Virus record (IMG/VR): IMGVR_UViG_3300035696_000002
DNA: 64,000 bases
Source of the DNA: a virus
Taxonomy: Duplodnaviria; Heunggongvirae; Uroviricota; Caudoviricetes
Reading direction: 5' to 3' (one strand)
Shown: piece after piece, positions 44,420 through 55,100 of the stretch
Position numbering within the stretch: position 1 is the stretch's first letter
How the letters are laid out: each line of letters opens with the position of its first letter
Made by a program: the position numbers and the translations under genes
The notes under the pieces: generated by a model
What the model was told of the DNA's origin: nothing
Seen by the model: only the letters and a program-made list of their open reading frames with translations
The model's database searches: none

Positions 44420-44950
44420 TTACATACTCCTGACGTAGACACTCACAAGGTTTGAGCTTGCGGTGAAGAATACTTGCCCGGTCGTCTGTGTGAAGACCGA
44501 GTTTGCCAGCACAAGAAATTCGACATCCGGGCTGGTTTCGGTTGGGTTCGGGATGGTGTAGCCGACCACATCCGCCTTACGGCCCGTGCAGGCATCCGGT
44601 GCCGAGAACAGGGTCAGCGTCGAGTTCACATACGCCGTCCAGTAGGTCGGGTTGCCTGTTGGAATCTGGTTCAAGTTCGGCGTCGTCGCCGTGGCGACAT
44701 AGGCGGTGCCAGTGTAGTTGACCACTGTACCCTGCGTATACGAGATCGCCGAGTTCCATGCCGGGGCCGAAGCCGGATCGGATGCGTAGAAGGTCACGAG
44801 GTCACGGCCACTGGCAACGAAGTAGTTGCCGTTGAGCGGATCGCAGACGGTAAACAGCGGGTTGAGAATCGTCGAGCTTCCAACTGGGGCGGGAACGCCT
44901 GTCGGCTGAAGTGTGATCGGTGGAACGTTCGGTACGAGTGTCTGTGCCAT
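44420..44950 (-). CDS. virion protein with CBM5/12-like carbohydrate-binding module
   Basis: AWNSAISYTQGTVVNYTGTAYVA..P....YW. Confidence 0.6.
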   Translation of the reverse strand: MAQTLVPNVPPITLQPTGVPAPVGSSTILNPLFTVCDPLNGNYFVASGRDLVTFYASDPASAPAWNSAISYTQGTVVNYTGTAYVATATTPNLNQIPTGNPTYWTAYVNSTLTLFSAPDACTGRKADVVGYTIPNPTETSPDVEFLVLANSVFTQTTGQVFFTASSNLVSVYVRSM

Positions 44951-44963
44951 GGTGATTTATTCC

Positions 44964-45194
44964 TTATTTCGCTGCTGTGTTTGCGACGTGGTGCCCGATG
45001 TGCAGAACCTTATGCACGAAGTCACCCCAGAAAATGTGTAGGAGGAATTGATGCACCGCTGCCGCCGCCCTTGGTGCCATGAACTCAAAGACCCCCCAGC
45101 CTGTACTGATCGCGGCGAAATGGATTTTCACCAGATTTCGCCTTACCCACGACTGAGCCTTTACGGCATCGGTCGCAACGTCTTTGGTGTCCAT
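44964..45194 (-). CDS. small membrane-associated protein
   Basis: ORF in operon. Confidence 0.45.
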   Translation of the reverse strand: MDTKDVATDAVKAQSWVRRNLVKIHFAAISTGWGVFEFMAPRAAAAVHQFLLHIFWGDFVHKVLHIGHHVANTAAK

Positions 45195-45201
45195 CGACGA
45201 C

Positions 45202-45342
45202 TTAGACCTTGCTCTTCGCCCAGCTTAGAAAGCTGTCGAGTTTAGCGGCCAAAGTAGGGTAATTCGTGCTGAATTTGACGCCGCCGACGAAAATGGCGAA
45301 TGCAACGGCAGCCTCAATAGCAATCTTGATAAGTCCAAACAT
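45202..45342 (-). CDS. 46-aa membrane peptide (not in ORF track)
   Basis: MFGLIKIAIEAAVAFAIFVGGVKF..; AGGGGG RBS. Confidence 0.45.
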   Translation of the reverse strand: MFGLIKIAIEAAVAFAIFVGGVKFSTNYPTLAAKLDSFLSWAKSKV

Positions 45343-45392
45343 GGAAGTGTCCCCCTACTACAGAGAGCGGAAAGATCGAATTTTTCGGGGGC

Positions 45393-45441
45393 AAAAAAGA
45401 AGACTGGCTTTAGGCCCGATTCGAACGGACGCTAAAGCCAG
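45393..45441 (-). terminator. terminator hairpin carrying a tRNA T-arm-like loop
   Basis: CTGGCTTTAG..GTTCGAATC..CTAAAGCCAG followed by TCTTCTTTTTT. Confidence 0.6.
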
Positions 45442-45473
45442 CCCAAGGAGGTAATGACAACAGAGACACCAGT

Positions 45474-46376
45474 TTACAGGGTAGGAGGGGTGGTGTCAAG
45501 CTCAGTTTCAGGCTCCCGCTTCTTGTACGGTCGCCGGGGCTTGGACGCATGCCGCCAGTCGATAAAGCAGTCCCCAAGCTGCCGTAAACGGTTGCGATAC
45601 CTGACAAATTCCTCATCCGGCACATCCACGCCAAGCTCATCCCGGAGGTAGGCTGCGGCCTCGTTTTGGGTGCCCGTTTTCCCGATGGCTTCAATCACCG
45701 GAATCATGGTCGGGTCTTCCTCTTCAACGAAACGGATGAACTCCAACACAAAAAGGCGGTCATCCTGATGCTTCTCGCCCTGCCGCCTGATCTCCGACAG
45801 ATACTCGGAATTGTGGTGAATGAATTCGTCGGAGCCCAGAAGGTTATCGGTGGGGTCGCCGATCAGCGGGGCCGACTGCCCGAGAGAAACATTCCCATAG
45901 CGACACACCGGGTTCTTGACTCGCTTCCCCTGCACTGTGTTAAATTTGTTCGCGAGGCAGAAGTTGACGTAGGCTCGGAAGCGACGCTCGCTCGCACCGT
46001 ACTGCTGATACGGATTGAACGTCTCGATCACATCCTGACACCCGTTGGGGCGGAAATTTGCTCCGGCCTTGCGGTGCTTGGATGTGGCTGGGAGGTATTT
46101 CAGGTGGATGATGAGGTCTTGCGTCCAGTCTTCGACATCTTCGTCGATGGTGAACTTGTGCAGCCGCTTCTTCACCCAGTAAGGAATGTAGTTCGGGAAT
46201 CGCTCGTAGAATTCGTTAAAGTCCTTCGGCACTACGAAGCCGTCTTCGCCTACGAAATGGCCGTCGTCGCTGATTGTGATAGGGTCACCCAAGTAGTCCT
46301 CGGGTGGAACAATGTCTTTTTGTACGGGTAACTCAGGAATTTCAGGCACAACACTACCACGAACGTCGCTGCTCAT
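45474..46376 (-). CDS. putative sigma-factor-like protein
   Basis: EDVEDWTQDLIIHL..FRAYVNFCLAN resembles sigma region 2; weak C-terminal HTH. Confidence 0.35.
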   Translation of the reverse strand: MSSDVRGSVVPEIPELPVQKDIVPPEDYLGDPITISDDGHFVGEDGFVVPKDFNEFYERFPNYIPYWVKKRLHKFTIDEDVEDWTQDLIIHLKYLPATSKHRKAGANFRPNGCQDVIETFNPYQQYGASERRFRAYVNFCLANKFNTVQGKRVKNPVCRYGNVSLGQSAPLIGDPTDNLLGSDEFIHHNSEYLSEIRRQGEKHQDDRLFVLEFIRFVEEEDPTMIPVIEAIGKTGTQNEAAAYLRDELGVDVPDEEFVRYRNRLRQLGDCFIDWRHASKPRRPYKKREPETELDTTPPTL

Positions 46377-46391
46377 TCAGGCTCCGACCGA

Positions 46392-46607
46392 TTAGAGGGT
46401 TTTGATACCGATGATCCGCTCAAGCTCTTCGATATCGTATCTCAGGCCACGAGCGAATACGCACTTTTCGCGATCCCCACATTTGCAAACCGAGGGGTGC
46501 TGATCGTACAGTTCCCTCATCATGCGAAGAGCACGTACTTTGTCCGGCATGGCGAGAACCTGCTGGTGCATGCTCTTTTGCCTTTCGGACAGATTGGTTG
46601 ATGCCAT
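46392..46607 (-). CDS. hypothetical protein
   Basis: 71-aa ORF. Confidence 0.45.
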   Translation of the reverse strand: MASTNLSERQKSMHQQVLAMPDKVRALRMMRELYDQHPSVCKCGDREKCVFARGLRYDIEELERIIGIKTL

Positions 46608-46687
46608 TGACAGTACGGCGAATGCCGCCTCCAGACAACTAGCCTACCACAGATGTAGGTTAGATGCAACAGGGGCGGATAAAGATG

Positions 46688-46999
46688 TTAGATTTTGCCG
46701 TCTTCGGCTTTGGCCTTGATGTAGCCAAGGAACTCCGTGAGTTCGTTTTTCATGGCTGTGGTGTCCGCCGCCATTTGAGGCAGGCAAGCGGTGTTGGCTT
46801 GAATGGTTTGAAGATGATTTTCTGCCTGCGTCCCTTGGATAGTATGAATCTTCTCCAAAGTGGCGAACGCCTTAACGACCTTGTCCCACGCAGTTTTCAC
46901 GAGGTATACCCCGAGAGAGCCAAGTCCGCTGGCAGCGATGCCCAATAGCCACTGCAACCATGCGGGTAGTCCGTTCCAGATTGAAAGCAAGGAGCCCAT
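46688..46999 (-). CDS. single-TM coiled-coil protein (holin-like?)
   Basis: N-terminal TM. Confidence 0.5.
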   Translation of the reverse strand: MGSLLSIWNGLPAWLQWLLGIAASGLGSLGVYLVKTAWDKVVKAFATLEKIHTIQGTQAENHLQTIQANTACLPQMAADTTAMKNELTEFLGYIKAKAEDGKI

Positions 47000-47117
47000 T
47001 CCGTGTCCCTTTTCAGTAGAGTCGATTTAATGACAAATCTTTTTCAACATGTTACTGTGAAACCCGGCGATAGTCTCTTCTACTAATCAATTGTGTAGTG
47101 GAAAAATGTGGGAAAAT

Positions 47118-49166
47118 CTACCTTCCCCTTCTTCCCCCTCTTTTGTGCCAAGGGGAAACTGGGGCGGTGCCGGATGAATATCCTCCAGTATTTTGGGCTT
47201 TTTTGACCTTCTCCATAATTCGAAGCTGACGCAGGGACACAGAGTCCAAACTTTCTGGGACAGCACCAGTGACTTTGTGCTGCTGTTCGTTCAGCATGAG
47301 GCTTCGCCCGGTCGGATCGAGCAGCATACGCGGGTTGGTGAGCATCCACTCCTGAGCGAGATACGCCACAAGCTGCACCGCGTCCACCATGTCATCGTGC
47401 GATCCCTTTTCAGGCGGGGCCTGCACACGAATCTGGTACTTGCCGACAACATCGGCTTCAACGAGTTTGATTTCCTCGATGAACTTCGGCACGTAAGGGA
47501 ACGAACAGTTTTTGTTCTTGATGAAACCACGCAGAGCATACGCCGCTTTCGAGTTGATCGCCGTGGTCAAGTTGACCAATTCCACGTTGTGCACCATGTG
47601 CATCCCGAGGAGGTAGATAAGCTGCTGACCGCCGTGTTGGTCAGTTGCACCCATGAAGCATGGGAACACTTTATTCATTTCGTCGAACCAAGAGAGAATG
47701 TCGTCGAGCGGGAGGGCCTTGTAGTTTTTGTACTTTTCCATTCCCAGATCGTTTTTCACACCGACCCACTGGCCTACTTCGCCTGTCATCATGCGATCAA
47801 TGTAGTCGTAGATGAGGTGAACACCGTGAATGCCCCGGTATTCGAGGTGACCAATCGCCAAAGCAGTCGCGTCAGAAGCCTGACCAGTCATCGGGTTGAC
47901 TCCACCAAGATCAAGTCCCCAGAAATACATGCGGCCAATTGATGTCGGATGGAACGTGCAGGCGTTCATCCGGGCGGTACCAGAAACAACATCGCCGTTA
48001 GCATCCCACTGGCAATCGACGCACTCCTTGACATCCCGCTCAGCAACGTAGGTTTCAGAAGACTCAAGGAACTTGCCGCCGAATTCAGCTTTCCACGTGA
48101 TCGGGCTCTTTGTTTCTTCCGAACGCAGGTACGCGGGCAGGAGAGTTGGATTCATTTCTGCTGAGGAGCAGTTCAACGTGAAAATATTGGTCGGCCCATT
48201 TGGCCCTTCCGTCATGGCCAGCTTGTGCAACTCGAACATCTTACCAACACGCTTCTGCGGGGAGGAGATCGACAGGATCATCGAATCCTGAAGTTCAAAC
48301 GGTTCGCCGTTCGGCTGAAACTGATCGGGAACTACGTGATGGAAGGTACCAGTCGCGGGCGTCGCAGCCGCGTACATGTCGTCTGACGTTGATCCGGTCT
48401 CGGAACGGAAGTGAGCGAATTCGTCAAGAGCCAAGAAAATGGACGAAGGCCCACGGACTGCGTTCGTTGTGCAAGGCAGCGACCAAACCATGATGGTCGG
48501 CGTCACTTCCTGCTTCAAACGGTCAGCCTCGCAAACGAAGGTCAAGCTCTTTGCGTTGTTGTCCTTCAAGTACGGCCCGAAAAACTTGGCGTGGTTCACA
48601 TCTTCGCGAAGCTTCTTGAACAGACGGTCAGCACCACGGTCGTCTTGAGCGAGGAAGGTGAAGTCGAGGATCGAGCCCGGCATCAAGCCGAAGTATTCCT
48701 GCGGCGAGCGGATGTTCAACAGGAGATAAAGTTTGTAGGCGGCGATGGCGGCGACGAGTTCTGATTTACCACCACGGCGTCCGGCGAAAATGCAACCTTC
48801 ACGGAAGCCCCACTCAGGAATGTCTCGCCAGTCTTTAACGTTGCAGCGGCCTTCTTCATGGCAGATACGGAGGTATTCTTCCTCGGTGACGGTGCGAATC
48901 TTTTTCTCGCGGTACTCGTCCCACATCACCACTTCGCCCCAGCCCGGAATCTTTTCAGACCAGTCAGGGACATAATCAAAGGGAACGCCGAACATGCACT
49001 TCGCGATGACACGCTGAACCGGATAGAGAGTCACACGGAGGCCTTGCGGCCCCTCGATGAAATCTATGGCATTCAGGAGGTTGGTCTGATCTTCGATGCC
49101 CTTCAGAATCGTTTGTGCGAACTTCGATTCCTGAAGGTTCTTATTGAACTTCGCGGAACGTGGCAA
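47118..49166 (-). CDS. terL: terminase large subunit
   Basis: YPVQ, GRRGGKS (Walker A), LALDEFAHF (Walker B), ISSP, WGLDLG and HDDMVDA nuclease motifs. Confidence 0.88.
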   Translation of the reverse strand: MPRSAKFNKNLQESKFAQTILKGIEDQTNLLNAIDFIEGPQGLRVTLYPVQRVIAKCMFGVPFDYVPDWSEKIPGWGEVVMWDEYREKKIRTVTEEEYLRICHEEGRCNVKDWRDIPEWGFREGCIFAGRRGGKSELVAAIAAYKLYLLLNIRSPQEYFGLMPGSILDFTFLAQDDRGADRLFKKLREDVNHAKFFGPYLKDNNAKSLTFVCEADRLKQEVTPTIMVWSLPCTTNAVRGPSSIFLALDEFAHFRSETGSTSDDMYAAATPATGTFHHVVPDQFQPNGEPFELQDSMILSISSPQKRVGKMFELHKLAMTEGPNGPTNIFTLNCSSAEMNPTLLPAYLRSEETKSPITWKAEFGGKFLESSETYVAERDVKECVDCQWDANGDVVSGTARMNACTFHPTSIGRMYFWGLDLGGVNPMTGQASDATALAIGHLEYRGIHGVHLIYDYIDRMMTGEVGQWVGVKNDLGMEKYKNYKALPLDDILSWFDEMNKVFPCFMGATDQHGGQQLIYLLGMHMVHNVELVNLTTAINSKAAYALRGFIKNKNCSFPYVPKFIEEIKLVEADVVGKYQIRVQAPPEKGSHDDMVDAVQLVAYLAQEWMLTNPRMLLDPTGRSLMLNEQQHKVTGAVPESLDSVSLRQLRIMEKVKKAQNTGGYSSGTAPVSPWHKRGGRRGR

Positions 49167-49200
49167 TGTAAACCCCTTCTACAATAAAGGGTTACGTATT

Positions 49201-49520
49201 GGCGGGATTGAGATTAGGTGGGGCCGTTCGCGTAGATTACACGGCCCCTTTCTCGGCTCGCTGTAGCGGATTGCACGCGAACCCAGATATGAAATAAAAC
49301 CGGGGCCGCCCCGTGAGATTGAACGGCCCCTAAAACGGGAGCACCACATGGGCGTCCCGAACTTTTCGTGGATGTCACAAACACGGGTGGGATTCCGTTT
49401 TCCCCAGTATGCGTTTTCAGTCTGTAACTGGGACGCTACAGACCTCGTACTTCAACGTAGTAACCGGGACGCTTAGCACACCCACAGCCGCCCTCACGAG
49501 TCGGCTCATCCACGAAACTT
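49201..49520 (-). ncRNA. candidate structured ncRNA or cis-element upstream of terL
   Basis: ORF-free; 11-bp closing helix 49364-74/49507-17, at least 5 hairpins, repeated YAATCY and GCGTCCC motifs. Confidence 0.5.
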
Positions 49521-49524
49521 AAGC

Positions 49525-49740
49525 TTACAACCCTTGGTTCTGAGTGTCAAGATCAACTATGCCGTCAAACACCAGTTCCCCATTTTCACCACGGTGGTAC
49601 TGAGCGACGACAGTCTTATCCGGCCCTGTAGCCAGATCGAGACCCCAGAAAAATTCCTTGCCAGATTCCCAGCCTGTTTGAATCTCAGGCCACTTCTTTG
49701 CAAGCGTTTCAACTTCGGTTAGCGGAATTTTCGTTGCCAT
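49525..49740 (-). CDS. hypothetical protein
   Basis: GAAGGT RBS before ATG. Confidence 0.5.
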   Translation of the reverse strand: MATKIPLTEVETLAKKWPEIQTGWESGKEFFWGLDLATGPDKTVVAQYHRGENGELVFDGIVDLDTQNQGL

Positions 49741-49770
49741 ACTACCTTCCAATTACGCCCTGTGTGTCCA

Positions 49771-50073
49771 TTACCATCTCCCATTGCCCACGTTCTTTAA
49801 TACTGCCTGAGCGTGCAGTTGTGCATTTGCGTACTCTTCATCCCAGTTTGTTTGTACGGTTCTCTGTGCAGTTGCGTCAACTCGACGAAGGCCGAGACCG
49901 CCCGTGCGAACAGGCTTCAGCCGTACACGACTCTCCGGGTTCTCCGGGAGATCGCCCAACTCTTCGAGGTACATATCCATGGGGTCGGACGGATCGGGTT
50001 CGGACAGGAGTGTCCATTCCCCGCGTGAGGATGCCAGAACAGCACCGAGACGGCTGAGCTTAACCAAAGGCAT
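49771..50073 (-). CDS. hypothetical protein
   Basis: Operonic ORF. Confidence 0.6.
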   Translation of the reverse strand: MPLVKLSRLGAVLASSRGEWTLLSEPDPSDPMDMYLEELGDLPENPESRVRLKPVRTGGLGLRRVDATAQRTVQTNWDEEYANAQLHAQAVLKNVGNGRW

Positions 50074-50075
50074 GG

Positions 50076-52109
50076 TTATTCTCTTGTGCCAGCGACAAAC
50101 TTGTATTTCGCAATCATCGAGTCAGTATCAATCGACTCCATGCGGACGAAAACTTCGTACACGAATCCGCCGTTCGGGCCGTCGTGCCATACTGCGGCCT
50201 GTGCCCAAGCGTCGTTGATTGCGTCCTGAATCTCACTGTCGGTGAGTTTGTCCATCAGGTATTTCACGCGGCTTGCGGTGTTGACCGTAGCGAACGCTGC
50301 GAGACCTTCCGGCTTCTCAACGTCGGCAAGTTGCACTTCGCCCATGCCCGGAACTTTGTCCAGCAGCGGGCGGGTGGTGACTTTGAAAGCCGCGATCATG
50401 GTCGCCGCGATTTCGCCGGAGACCTTCTTCAGGAAGAACGAGAACTGCTTGGCCTCATCGGCTGAAGCTGTCTTCACTGAGGCAACCATCAGGGCTTCGC
50501 CGGGGACGCCAGCGTACTGATCGTAGAACTCTTCCAAGAACATCGGCCCACGAATGTCGTTTTCCTTGCGGAGCGGAGCACCGTCAAGAACCTGAGGCTG
50601 AGCATCACGTCCGATGCCAACAGCACCGGGCGAAGTTGAAACAGAGCCGCCAGCCGGGGCAGCAGTCGAGTAGAATCCTGCGGCAATCGGCATGAGGTTT
50701 TCGTTTTCCACCTTCGACAGTGTACCGGGCTCCAGAGCCTCGTCCAGAGCACTCATGAGTTCTTCGGCATCGCCGACGATCTCAGGTGTGAGCATCGGGG
50801 CGTTCGTGGCGTTCGGGTAGTCCACGATCTCGTGCTGAATTTCGGGGTAGAACTCGCGGAGGACTTGGCCGGGGAAGAAGAAATTAAAGCCAGCTTCCTT
50901 CTCAACCGTCTTGTCGTCCTTGGCTACGCCCTGCATGTCGCAAGCGTCTTTCATAACCTCTCCTGATTGTGATCCCATAGATTCAAACCTCTCCTTGGGT
51001 GAGCCCACTACTGTCAAATTTGCAGCGAGCACCTTACCCGGCAACTCTTCACCGTGCCAGTCGATAGACACGAGCTTGGATGAACCAGCAGCATCGGCCC
51101 TTCCAAACTCTTCCACCCCTGTTACAGTTCCCTTGGCGGTCGCCATTGGCCCGGCGTACTGACTGATGGAACGCAGGAAATGCACGGCGTAGCGGACAGT
51201 GTCGCCCACGTTGATCGGCTGATCGTGCTTGCCAGCGGTTCTTACGGGCTTGGGGTCTTTCCACCAAGTCCATGTCTCATGCCCGCAGTCATTGCAGAAA
51301 AGCTTGTCGTACTGGCCGTCGTTAATGTCCTTGGTGTTCATGCCGTTGCATTTCGGGCACTGTCCCTTGGAGGCCTTTTCCAGACCAATCTGATAACGGA
51401 GGTCACCCGCCATCCCGAACGGTGAACGGTTGTGCAACTCAACTTGTGGCTCGGGCTTCCCGGTGACCTTGTCCTTCAAGCCCATCGCCCAGTCCTTCAC
51501 TTTTCCACCGAACTTGACGGACGCTTCCTTGACAAACGCCTTGGCAGCCTTCTCTGACGAGAACTCTGCGGCGTAACGTTCCCCATTGAGGGTGAAGCTG
51601 ACGCTGTGCTTTTCCATATTCGGTGGTGTGCTCAAGTCTGTTCCCCCAAAGAATCCGCCGCCATGGCCGGATGTAATTTTGCTGTCATCTTCGCCGCCAA
51701 TCGGAGGTGTGTTCTCCGAAGCGATGTTGATGATGATCTGCTTGCCCGGCTTGGCATCAATCGTTGTCGATCCTGCGGGGCCTTTATCCGCAACCCACTC
51801 CGCCGCTCCATCGCCGACAGCATCAATCTCCTGCTGTTTCTGGTCGATGGTTTTTCCGATCTCCATCTCAGCCTGAGTTTCAATCGCATCGCGGACAGCA
51901 GAAACGTTCTGACGCTCGGGTGGACGAAGCTCTCCGCCAACAGTCGGCGATCCGCCGTTCATATCGACAGAGTTCTCGACCAGTTCATCGTTGCTCGGCC
52001 CAGCTTCAGGCCCAGCCACGACGGCTGATTCCAACTTCTCGGCAAGATCGTTGTCGCTGTGGATGATGTCAGCACTGCGTTTAACAGTGCGTGCTATCTT
52101 AGTTGCCAT
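50076..52109 (-). CDS. putative virion head protein with KxA motifs
   Basis: Acidic, modular; KIA, KRSA, KEAS, RTAG, KEAG, KTAS; near terL. Confidence 0.55.
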   Translation of the reverse strand: MATKIARTVKRSADIIHSDNDLAEKLESAVVAGPEAGPSNDELVENSVDMNGGSPTVGGELRPPERQNVSAVRDAIETQAEMEIGKTIDQKQQEIDAVGDGAAEWVADKGPAGSTTIDAKPGKQIIINIASENTPPIGGEDDSKITSGHGGGFFGGTDLSTPPNMEKHSVSFTLNGERYAAEFSSEKAAKAFVKEASVKFGGKVKDWAMGLKDKVTGKPEPQVELHNRSPFGMAGDLRYQIGLEKASKGQCPKCNGMNTKDINDGQYDKLFCNDCGHETWTWWKDPKPVRTAGKHDQPINVGDTVRYAVHFLRSISQYAGPMATAKGTVTGVEEFGRADAAGSSKLVSIDWHGEELPGKVLAANLTVVGSPKERFESMGSQSGEVMKDACDMQGVAKDDKTVEKEAGFNFFFPGQVLREFYPEIQHEIVDYPNATNAPMLTPEIVGDAEELMSALDEALEPGTLSKVENENLMPIAAGFYSTAAPAGGSVSTSPGAVGIGRDAQPQVLDGAPLRKENDIRGPMFLEEFYDQYAGVPGEALMVASVKTASADEAKQFSFFLKKVSGEIAATMIAAFKVTTRPLLDKVPGMGEVQLADVEKPEGLAAFATVNTASRVKYLMDKLTDSEIQDAINDAWAQAAVWHDGPNGGFVYEVFVRMESIDTDSMIAKYKFVAGTRE

Positions 52110-52117
52110 GATGCTCC

Positions 52118-55100
52118 TTACGGTTTCTGGCTGCCCACATCGGGCAACGGCTCTTCGGTTACGAGGTCTCCAAGGTAGCCTGCACCAAGATCAATCGGAG
52201 TTTCCTCACTGACATCGTCTCCCGCTGCGGCCTGTTTTTCATCGCTTGCGACTGCGAGCAGTTCCGGCACGGCCTCGGCCATTTCGCCGATAGCTGCCGG
52301 GCTGATCCCGCCCCCGCCGCTCTGATTCTGCTCTTGACCCTCGGGCTCAGGATGAGTGCTCATACCGTGCCCAGTGTCAACTACCGTGTCGGCGGTCTTC
52401 TTGCTGCTGCTCTTTCCCGAGTAATCCGGGACAACAGCGGGCTGCGGCGTGACTTCTGCCGGGCCAGAAGGTTTCTGACCGAACATTTCTTTCACCTTCG
52501 CGACGCCCTGTTCGAAGCTGCCATCCGCGTTGTAGCCCCAACCGCTGTAGCGTTCTTTCTTGCCGTTGAAGTTGATGACGCATAGTGCCGTACCAACGCT
52601 TTCACCGTTCGACATGTTACCCCAGTGGTAGCCCATGTCCCACGTGTTTGCCCCGTCACTGCCCTTCAACATGCCGCCACGGACGTACTCTGCGTTTACG
52701 CCAGCCGCCGTCAACTCACGCTGAATTTTCTTCAAGCTGTTGTAGGTGTAGCGAGCCTTTTCCTGCGGAGTTGCACCACGGCCTGCTTCGAAACGGATAC
52801 CAGCGAAGCGAGCGAAGTGTTCCGGGTTGACCGTTTTCTCGGCCTCCGGCTCATCCGCCATTTCGGACTTGTTGTAGTCGAGTTCCGACTTGGCTTCCGC
52901 CATGTCGCCGCTGATGTCAGCAGCAACCTTCGGGAACTGCATACCAGCCGCGTTACCGCGACGAGTGTAGAACGCCCGGATCGGGGCCAATGCACGGAGG
53001 AAATCCTTTTCCGTGATCTCAGCCTGAGGAGCATTCGTGTAGCGGTTACGCTGATTCTCTTCGCCGCGACGCAGGAGTTCCATCATCTGCTTCGCTGCCC
53101 GAGAAGGCGGCTGCCAGTAAGCCCAGCCATCGCTATGGCTGTTGACTTCGTCCATGAAATCCTTCATGAAGCGGGCTGCTTTACCGAGAACCGGGTCGTT
53201 GGCGAACCGCTGAACCGCTTCTTCGATGTCATACTGATTCATCCATGCAGTTTTCATGGAGCCAGTCACGTCGAACTTCGGCGTTTCACCTTGGGTGTCG
53301 CTGATGTCGGCCTTAGCCTTGTTCTCAATCGCACCCTCGCCGCCCTTTTCGTTGGCCGGGTTGTCTGCGGTATCGGCCTGTTTTTCTTGCTCAGGTGCTC
53401 CCGCTTCCGGCATCCAGTTGTCAAGGGCGTCGTACCAGTTCTTATCGACATCCTTGAAGCCACGAGCCTTCGCAATCGCCCTGAGGGCTGCTTCAATCTC
53501 AGGCTTCGTGTAGGGGTTGCCCGTGCGGTTTCCGCCCGTGACCCACTTCAACAGGTCGTACAGGACGCGATCAGGAATCTCCATCGCAACCTTGGACGCA
53601 GTGTTCTTGATTTCCGGCCCGCTCGTGTCTTTCACGTCAGTCCGGTTCTTGACTTCGATTGCACCGGAACCACCCGCCTCGTTGGCCGGGTTGTCTGCGG
53701 TGTCGGCCTTCTTCGAAGAGCCCGTCACGTCGTACTTCACAGTCGTGCCGTGCGTGTTCTTGATGTCGGCATCGGTCTTGTTGACGATGGCACCTTCGCC
53801 GCCCTTTTCGTTGGCAGGATTGTCGGCAGTGTCGGCCTGTTTTGTCGAGGCGTCGATGTCGAACTCTTCTTCACGAGGAGCAATCGGGCTCTCGCGATCT
53901 ACCCAGTAGGTGCCGCAGTTGCCGCACTGCCACTCACCCAGACCGGACGAGGAGCTAACGTGGTAAATGCGTTCATCCTTCGGCAGATCAAGACCGATAG
54001 GCTCTGAGCAGTTCTCGCAGTAGTTGACGTTATCCCACGAGTAGGCACAGACTGCACCGCAACGACCGCATTCAACGGCGTCGCCGCTGTCAAGGAGTTG
54101 TTCCTTGACCTGCTGTATGTCTACTTCATACCCCTCTGGATCAAGACCGAGGTCTGCAAGTTTGCCGAGACCCATTCCGATGCCAGCCATGTCGTCGGAA
54201 CCTGATTTGTTGCGGTTCCGAATAGCGGCGAAGTCGATACGCTGACCCGTGCCTTCGCACTGTGGGCAGTTGTCACGCTGGACACCCGGCTTGCAGGTGC
54301 AGGGTTGACCCGTCTTAGGCTGATATTCGGCCTTCTTGGACTCTTCGCTCTTGGACTTACCGCGATTCTTCGCCCACTCAGACTTTGGCCCGCTGTCTTC
54401 CTTGGCTTCAGGCGTCGAATCTTCCTGTGATTCTGCTTCGGAGTCAGACATCGACTTCGTGTCCTCAGGTTCGTCGCTCTTCATCTCTTCCGAGACGTGA
54501 GCTTCGCCATCCGTCGAGGAATTCTGACCGCCGTCGTTGCCGACCGGAATCAGCGGGGCAGGCCCGATGTCTTCCGTGATCGAATCCCAGATTTCATCGA
54601 GATCGACCGCTACGTCAGCTTCCTTGCGGAGGGTTGCGAGCTTGGCTTCTTTTTCCTGAGCAGCCTTTTTCGCCTTGGGCGACATTCCAACATACGGATC
54701 GTCGATTTCTGTTCCGATGATGTCGGCGATGTACGATGCCTGATGGGCAGCCGCAGACTTCAGCGTAGGCGTTGTGCCCCACTTGTCAGCGTCAATCTCA
54801 CCAGCATCCTTGCGGAAGAACTGGATCGCGAGCTTTACGGCACGCAACTTGTCAGTTGCCGACTTCGAGAGCGGCTGTTCGCCGTACCCGCCCGCCGCAA
54901 CTTCCCTTGCGTGGTCTTCGAGTGCCTGATCGGCCTGTTTGTCGCTGCCGAGAGTGGCACAGAAGGCCTTGATCCCATCCGGGTGCTCACGTTCGACGTA
55001 ACCACCGTTGCGGAATCTGTCCATTTCGAGCTTGGAGAGGTTGCCCTTTGCGTTGGTGCCCGGACGAATGTCCATTGTCGGCAACATACCCTTCGTTCTC

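Noticed and set aside
45404-45441. tRNA gene
   Set aside because: No D arm or anticodon arm.
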